Source: Eledone cirrhosa
Taxonomy: Eukaryota
Length of the DNA stretch: 64,000 nucleotides
NCBI GenBank assembly: GCA_964016885.1
Contig: OZ024740.1
Location: 382,664,001-382,728,000 of the forward strand
Direction of reading: 5' to 3'
Shown here: positions 60,139 through 64,000 of the stretch, piece by piece
Numbering within the stretch: position 1 is the first letter of the stretch
Layout of the letters: every line of letters starts with the position of its first letter
Notes under the pieces: model-generated
The model's input: only the letters and a program-made list of their open reading frames with translations
The model's database searches: none
What the model was told of the DNA's origin: nothing
Made by a program: the position numbers and the translations under genes

Positions 60139-60744
60139 ATCTCTCTCTCTCTCCAACTCTCTCCAACTCTCTCCAATCCATTCCACTCTTTCAATTTCCT
60201 ATCAATCTAACATGCCTCTATAATACTCTCTTTTCTTCTTGATATATTTTCACAGAATAACTGCTGTCTTTCTATTAGTGTACGTAACAGAAGCTTGGGT
60301 GTCAAGCTTTCGTCTTGGTCATGTTATTCTCTGTTGTATTGGTGGACGAGGAAGGGATAGAAAGCATTGGATGTTCTGATAATGGTTTAAGAAATAGAAA
60401 TGGGGTTGATTAAATACCTGGCAGATTGGTAGACTGGGAAGAGAAAGAGATATAGAGATAAGGATAGATACATGAAGAGAGGATGAGAGAGAGATTATCG
60501 TAGGATAACAATTTCTGACGTCGGTGGGTACATGCTGAAAAATGAAGAGAAGTGGTAGCATATTTCATTGAATAAGTGAAATATATACTGAAAGGGGTTT
60601 TTGTGTAAGGGCTCCAACAATGGACGAATAGTAATTGAATGAGTATATGGATATCTATCATTCTATCATTCTATTTATATATCTATTTATGGACATCTCT
60701 TTCTCTCTCTGCCTGTCTCTGTCGATCTCACTCTCTCTATATAC

Positions 60745-60831
<87 letters not shown>

Positions 60832-60938
60832 TAAATGGAATAGAAAATGCTGACAAATTGTTCACAGTTGAAAAATGGTTTAATTAGGAATAAAAGAGTA
60901 TTAGTGATTGTATGGGTTAGTATTCAGTTGTGGTTTTA

Positions 60939-60986
<48 letters not shown>

Positions 60987-61634
60987 TATAAATATAGATA
61001 TATAGATATGCAAATAGGGAGACAGAAAGGGAAATTAATGATATGGATAGATATAAGTAATGAAAGAAAGTTTGAGGGACATTGGTAGAGATGTAATACG
61101 GAATTATATGAATAAGTCAATGAGAATAATGAATCAGCAGCATTAGGAAAAATAAGAGAGAAATCAGAAAAAAACCATTGTCATCTTTGATGGCAACAAG
61201 TTTACACATATATAAATACATATATATAAGCTTATATGTTTCAATGTGTATGTTTTTATATATCCGTATAAATAGCTGAATACATGATTACATACTGGAC
61301 CCACACATATTAAATGTATTTCATATATATATATATATATAAAGTAAGTCCATAGAATCATTAGATAAAATATATACAGCATTTCTTCTCCCAATCAGCA
61401 TAAATCAACCACACAAAAATCATTTAAACGAGGCTATAAGTTTAAAATATACTTATGAAGAAACAATAGATAAATGATATAGCTTTTTATCCGCGACTCA
61501 TAGCTACAGAAAATGTACCTAGTATTTCTGATAGCCTGTAGAAATTGACTAGACATATAGTTAACGATACATAATTAGGTACAAAATCAAATTTAGAAGA
61601 AAAAATGAACATAAACCCACCAAAATCATCAAAA

Positions 61635-61719
61635 TATCTCTACCCCGAGCGGTTTCATGACATTTTTGGATATATCCGATCTTGGATAAATCAACGAGGT
61701 TCGAAATCATCAGGAGATA
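61635..61719 (-). ncRNA. Type I hammerhead (family H), canonical core
   Basis: TATCTC-CTGATGA-(50 nt)-GAAA-CCGCTCGGGG-TA-GAGATA; base of stem II poorly paired. Confidence 0.6.
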
Positions 61720-61827
61720 AACTCAATAGGGCATAGATGTTTCTTACATGATCCCCGCCAGAAACGAATTTATATATATATATATATATATGAAATACGT
61801 TAATATGTGTGGGTCCATTATGTAATC

Positions 61828-61928
<101 letters not shown>

Positions 61929-62920
61929 AATGAAAATTGGCATGCTGTGTTGTTGCATATGTGATATACAAATTAAAATGAAGAATGCGAAGAACTACCT
62001 ATGATGGCTAGTAGATCACTGGTGATGGATAGTCCTATTTCTAATTCTTCATTTTAATTTATAAATATATATTTACACACTCCCTATATATATATATATA
62101 TATACATATATAGGCGTGTGTGTGTGTATGTAAGTATGTATATGTGGGAAGTGTTTGTATGCTTATGCAGTTGTATATCTAATTTTAAAATATATGAAAG
62201 TAAAAAAATAAATGGATGAAGAAAACGATTGTTGGTTACACCGAATATCAGAAAAATACACATCAATGTTTAACAGGCTGGAATCATTTCATTGCAATCA
62301 TTTTTTTAAAAAATAGCATCACTGACGCGGTCGTTGTCAAGTTGGTAAGATAGTATGACGAAATAAGTTTTAGTTTGTTTCGACAGCATTTCCTTGAGCC
62401 AAACGGAGCCTGTGTCTCAATTTTAAATGAATTCAAATATATTTTTCTGGTTACATTTTATATTTCTTACATATAGACTTTCTTCTAAAATATATACATT
62501 TGATTGATTTATATGATTTCTTATCTATCCCTTGCGATGATACAAATATGCTACACGAATATATATGTATACGAAACGATCGTAAAATAATGATATGAAT
62601 AGGTAAAGTAACTTGACTTTGTTTTTATTTTCATCGGTAGTTTAATATATAATATATATATAGTTATGTAATAAACAACATAAGATAATTATTTCATTTA
62701 CCAGTTGTTTCTTGAAAGCAAACAAAATTTGCTTTCAGTCATCAGAATGAAAAAATCCTGGTGTATGTATTAGCAGTGGATTTTAAAAACAAAAATATAA
62801 TCTATATGAAAGTGAGGCTGGAAAAGGAAGAAGGAAAGGAAAAAGAATAAATATAAAAGTAGATAAGCACACACGCACACACATATATACATACACACAT
62901 ATATACATACATATATATAA

Positions 62921-62999
<79 letters not shown>

Positions 63000-63039
63000 C
63001 ACACATATATAATCAATACTTTTGCTAATATTAACCTTA

Positions 63040-64000
63040 AAATTACTATAGATACGAACCTTACCAATGCTAACTTTCTTGACATTAATCTTCATCTACT
63101 TACTGCCTCTTTTAAACCTTATCATAAACCTAACGAACATCTTAGATATATATACACAAAGAGTCTTGCCATCCCCCTATAGTTTAAAAAAATCTTATTC
63201 TCAACATTAGCCGTAGGATTTCTACCTTATCTTCGTCTCTAGACATTTTTAACAAAGCGGCCGCTTATTATAATAAAGCCCTTAATATCAGCGGATTTAC
63301 AGAACACATTAAATATTTACCTACTCCTCCCCCTAAAACTAACCACAATAATAGGAAAAGGAAAATTATTTGGTTTACCCCCCCCCCCCCCCCTTCTCTC
63401 TAACTGTCAAAACTAATGTAGTAAGGAAATTCCTTGACCTTTTAGACAAACATTTTCCTCCTAATCATAGATATTATAAGATATTTAATAGAAATGTAGT
63501 TAAAATCAGTTACCCTTGCTGCCCATCAATGAGGTCTAAAATCACTAATTCTAATCGTACGAGAATAAATCTAGGATGCAGTTGCAGGAAGCCGGATGAA
63601 TGCCCATTACAGGGCAAATGTAATATCAAATACGTTGTATATGAGGCCAAAGTGACACCTTTAATTAACAACCAGCCAGCCAACCAGGAGTGAACGATAT
63701 GTTGGCATGACTCAGGACAGGTACAAAACCAGATTTTATGCACATGTCGCTTCTTTTAAACACTCTGATTAAAGAACAGCAACGGCTCTCGCAAATAAGG
63801 TGTGGGAATTCAAAGATAAAAACATCCCGTACTCTATCGATTGGTCTATTTTAGACCATATGATGGAATACCAAAGAGGCACATATAATTGTTCTTTTTG
63901 TACCACTGAACAATTTAGGTTTCTACAAAACTTGAAAGCCACTTCAACTTGCCTGAACTCCAAGACCGAGATCTTCAGATGTTGTCCTCACCCGAAATCA
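63040..64000 (+). pseudogene. Frameshifted Naiad-type RT thumb plus GIY-YIG fragment, running off the window
   Basis: [24 protein letters not shown] / FLDLLDKHFPPNHRYYKIFNRNVVKISYPC..CSCRKPDECPLQGKC..VVYEAKV / YVGMTQDRYKTRFYAH..CSFCTTE..LNSKTEIFRCCPH. Confidence 0.88.

Noticed and set aside
62712-62748. CTGATGA-CT-GAAA on minus strand
   Set aside because: No stem II or stem I; explained by a simple hairpin.

Overview
AT-rich, microsatellite-dense eukaryotic non-genic DNA. The repeat types suggest an invertebrate, possibly a cephalopod such as octopus; this is inference. No host protein-coding gene is supported: most short ORFs in the track are (TA)n/(CA)n/(CT)n artefacts. The window is dominated by Penelope-like retroelements (PLEs). 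These comprise one nearly intact Naiad-type element (26162-29992; RT with YRDD motif plus C-terminal GIY-YIG endonuclease, ~570-bp direct pseudo-LTRs, one TAG in the YIG codon), several truncated Naiad-type copies, two Nematis-like GIY-YIG fragments and many non-coding PLE 3' ends. Reading both strands by eye gives more than 20 type I hammerhead ribozyme (HHR) motifs in about ten sequence families. Several have recurrent non-canonical features: CAGAAGA or CCGANGA instead of CUGANGA, and U.U or A.G/A.A instead of the Watson-Crick pair at the base of stem II. Many insertions have the PLE-typical inverted 5' tail, down to near-pure fold-back palindromes. Also present: a non-autonomous Helitron with tandemly repeated 5' termini inserted cleanly at an AT site inside a PLE arm, two tRNA-derived SINE families, RTE-type LINE remnants and a MITE-like element. 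All structures were derived by eye; coordinates may be off by a few bases and no ribozyme activity is shown.
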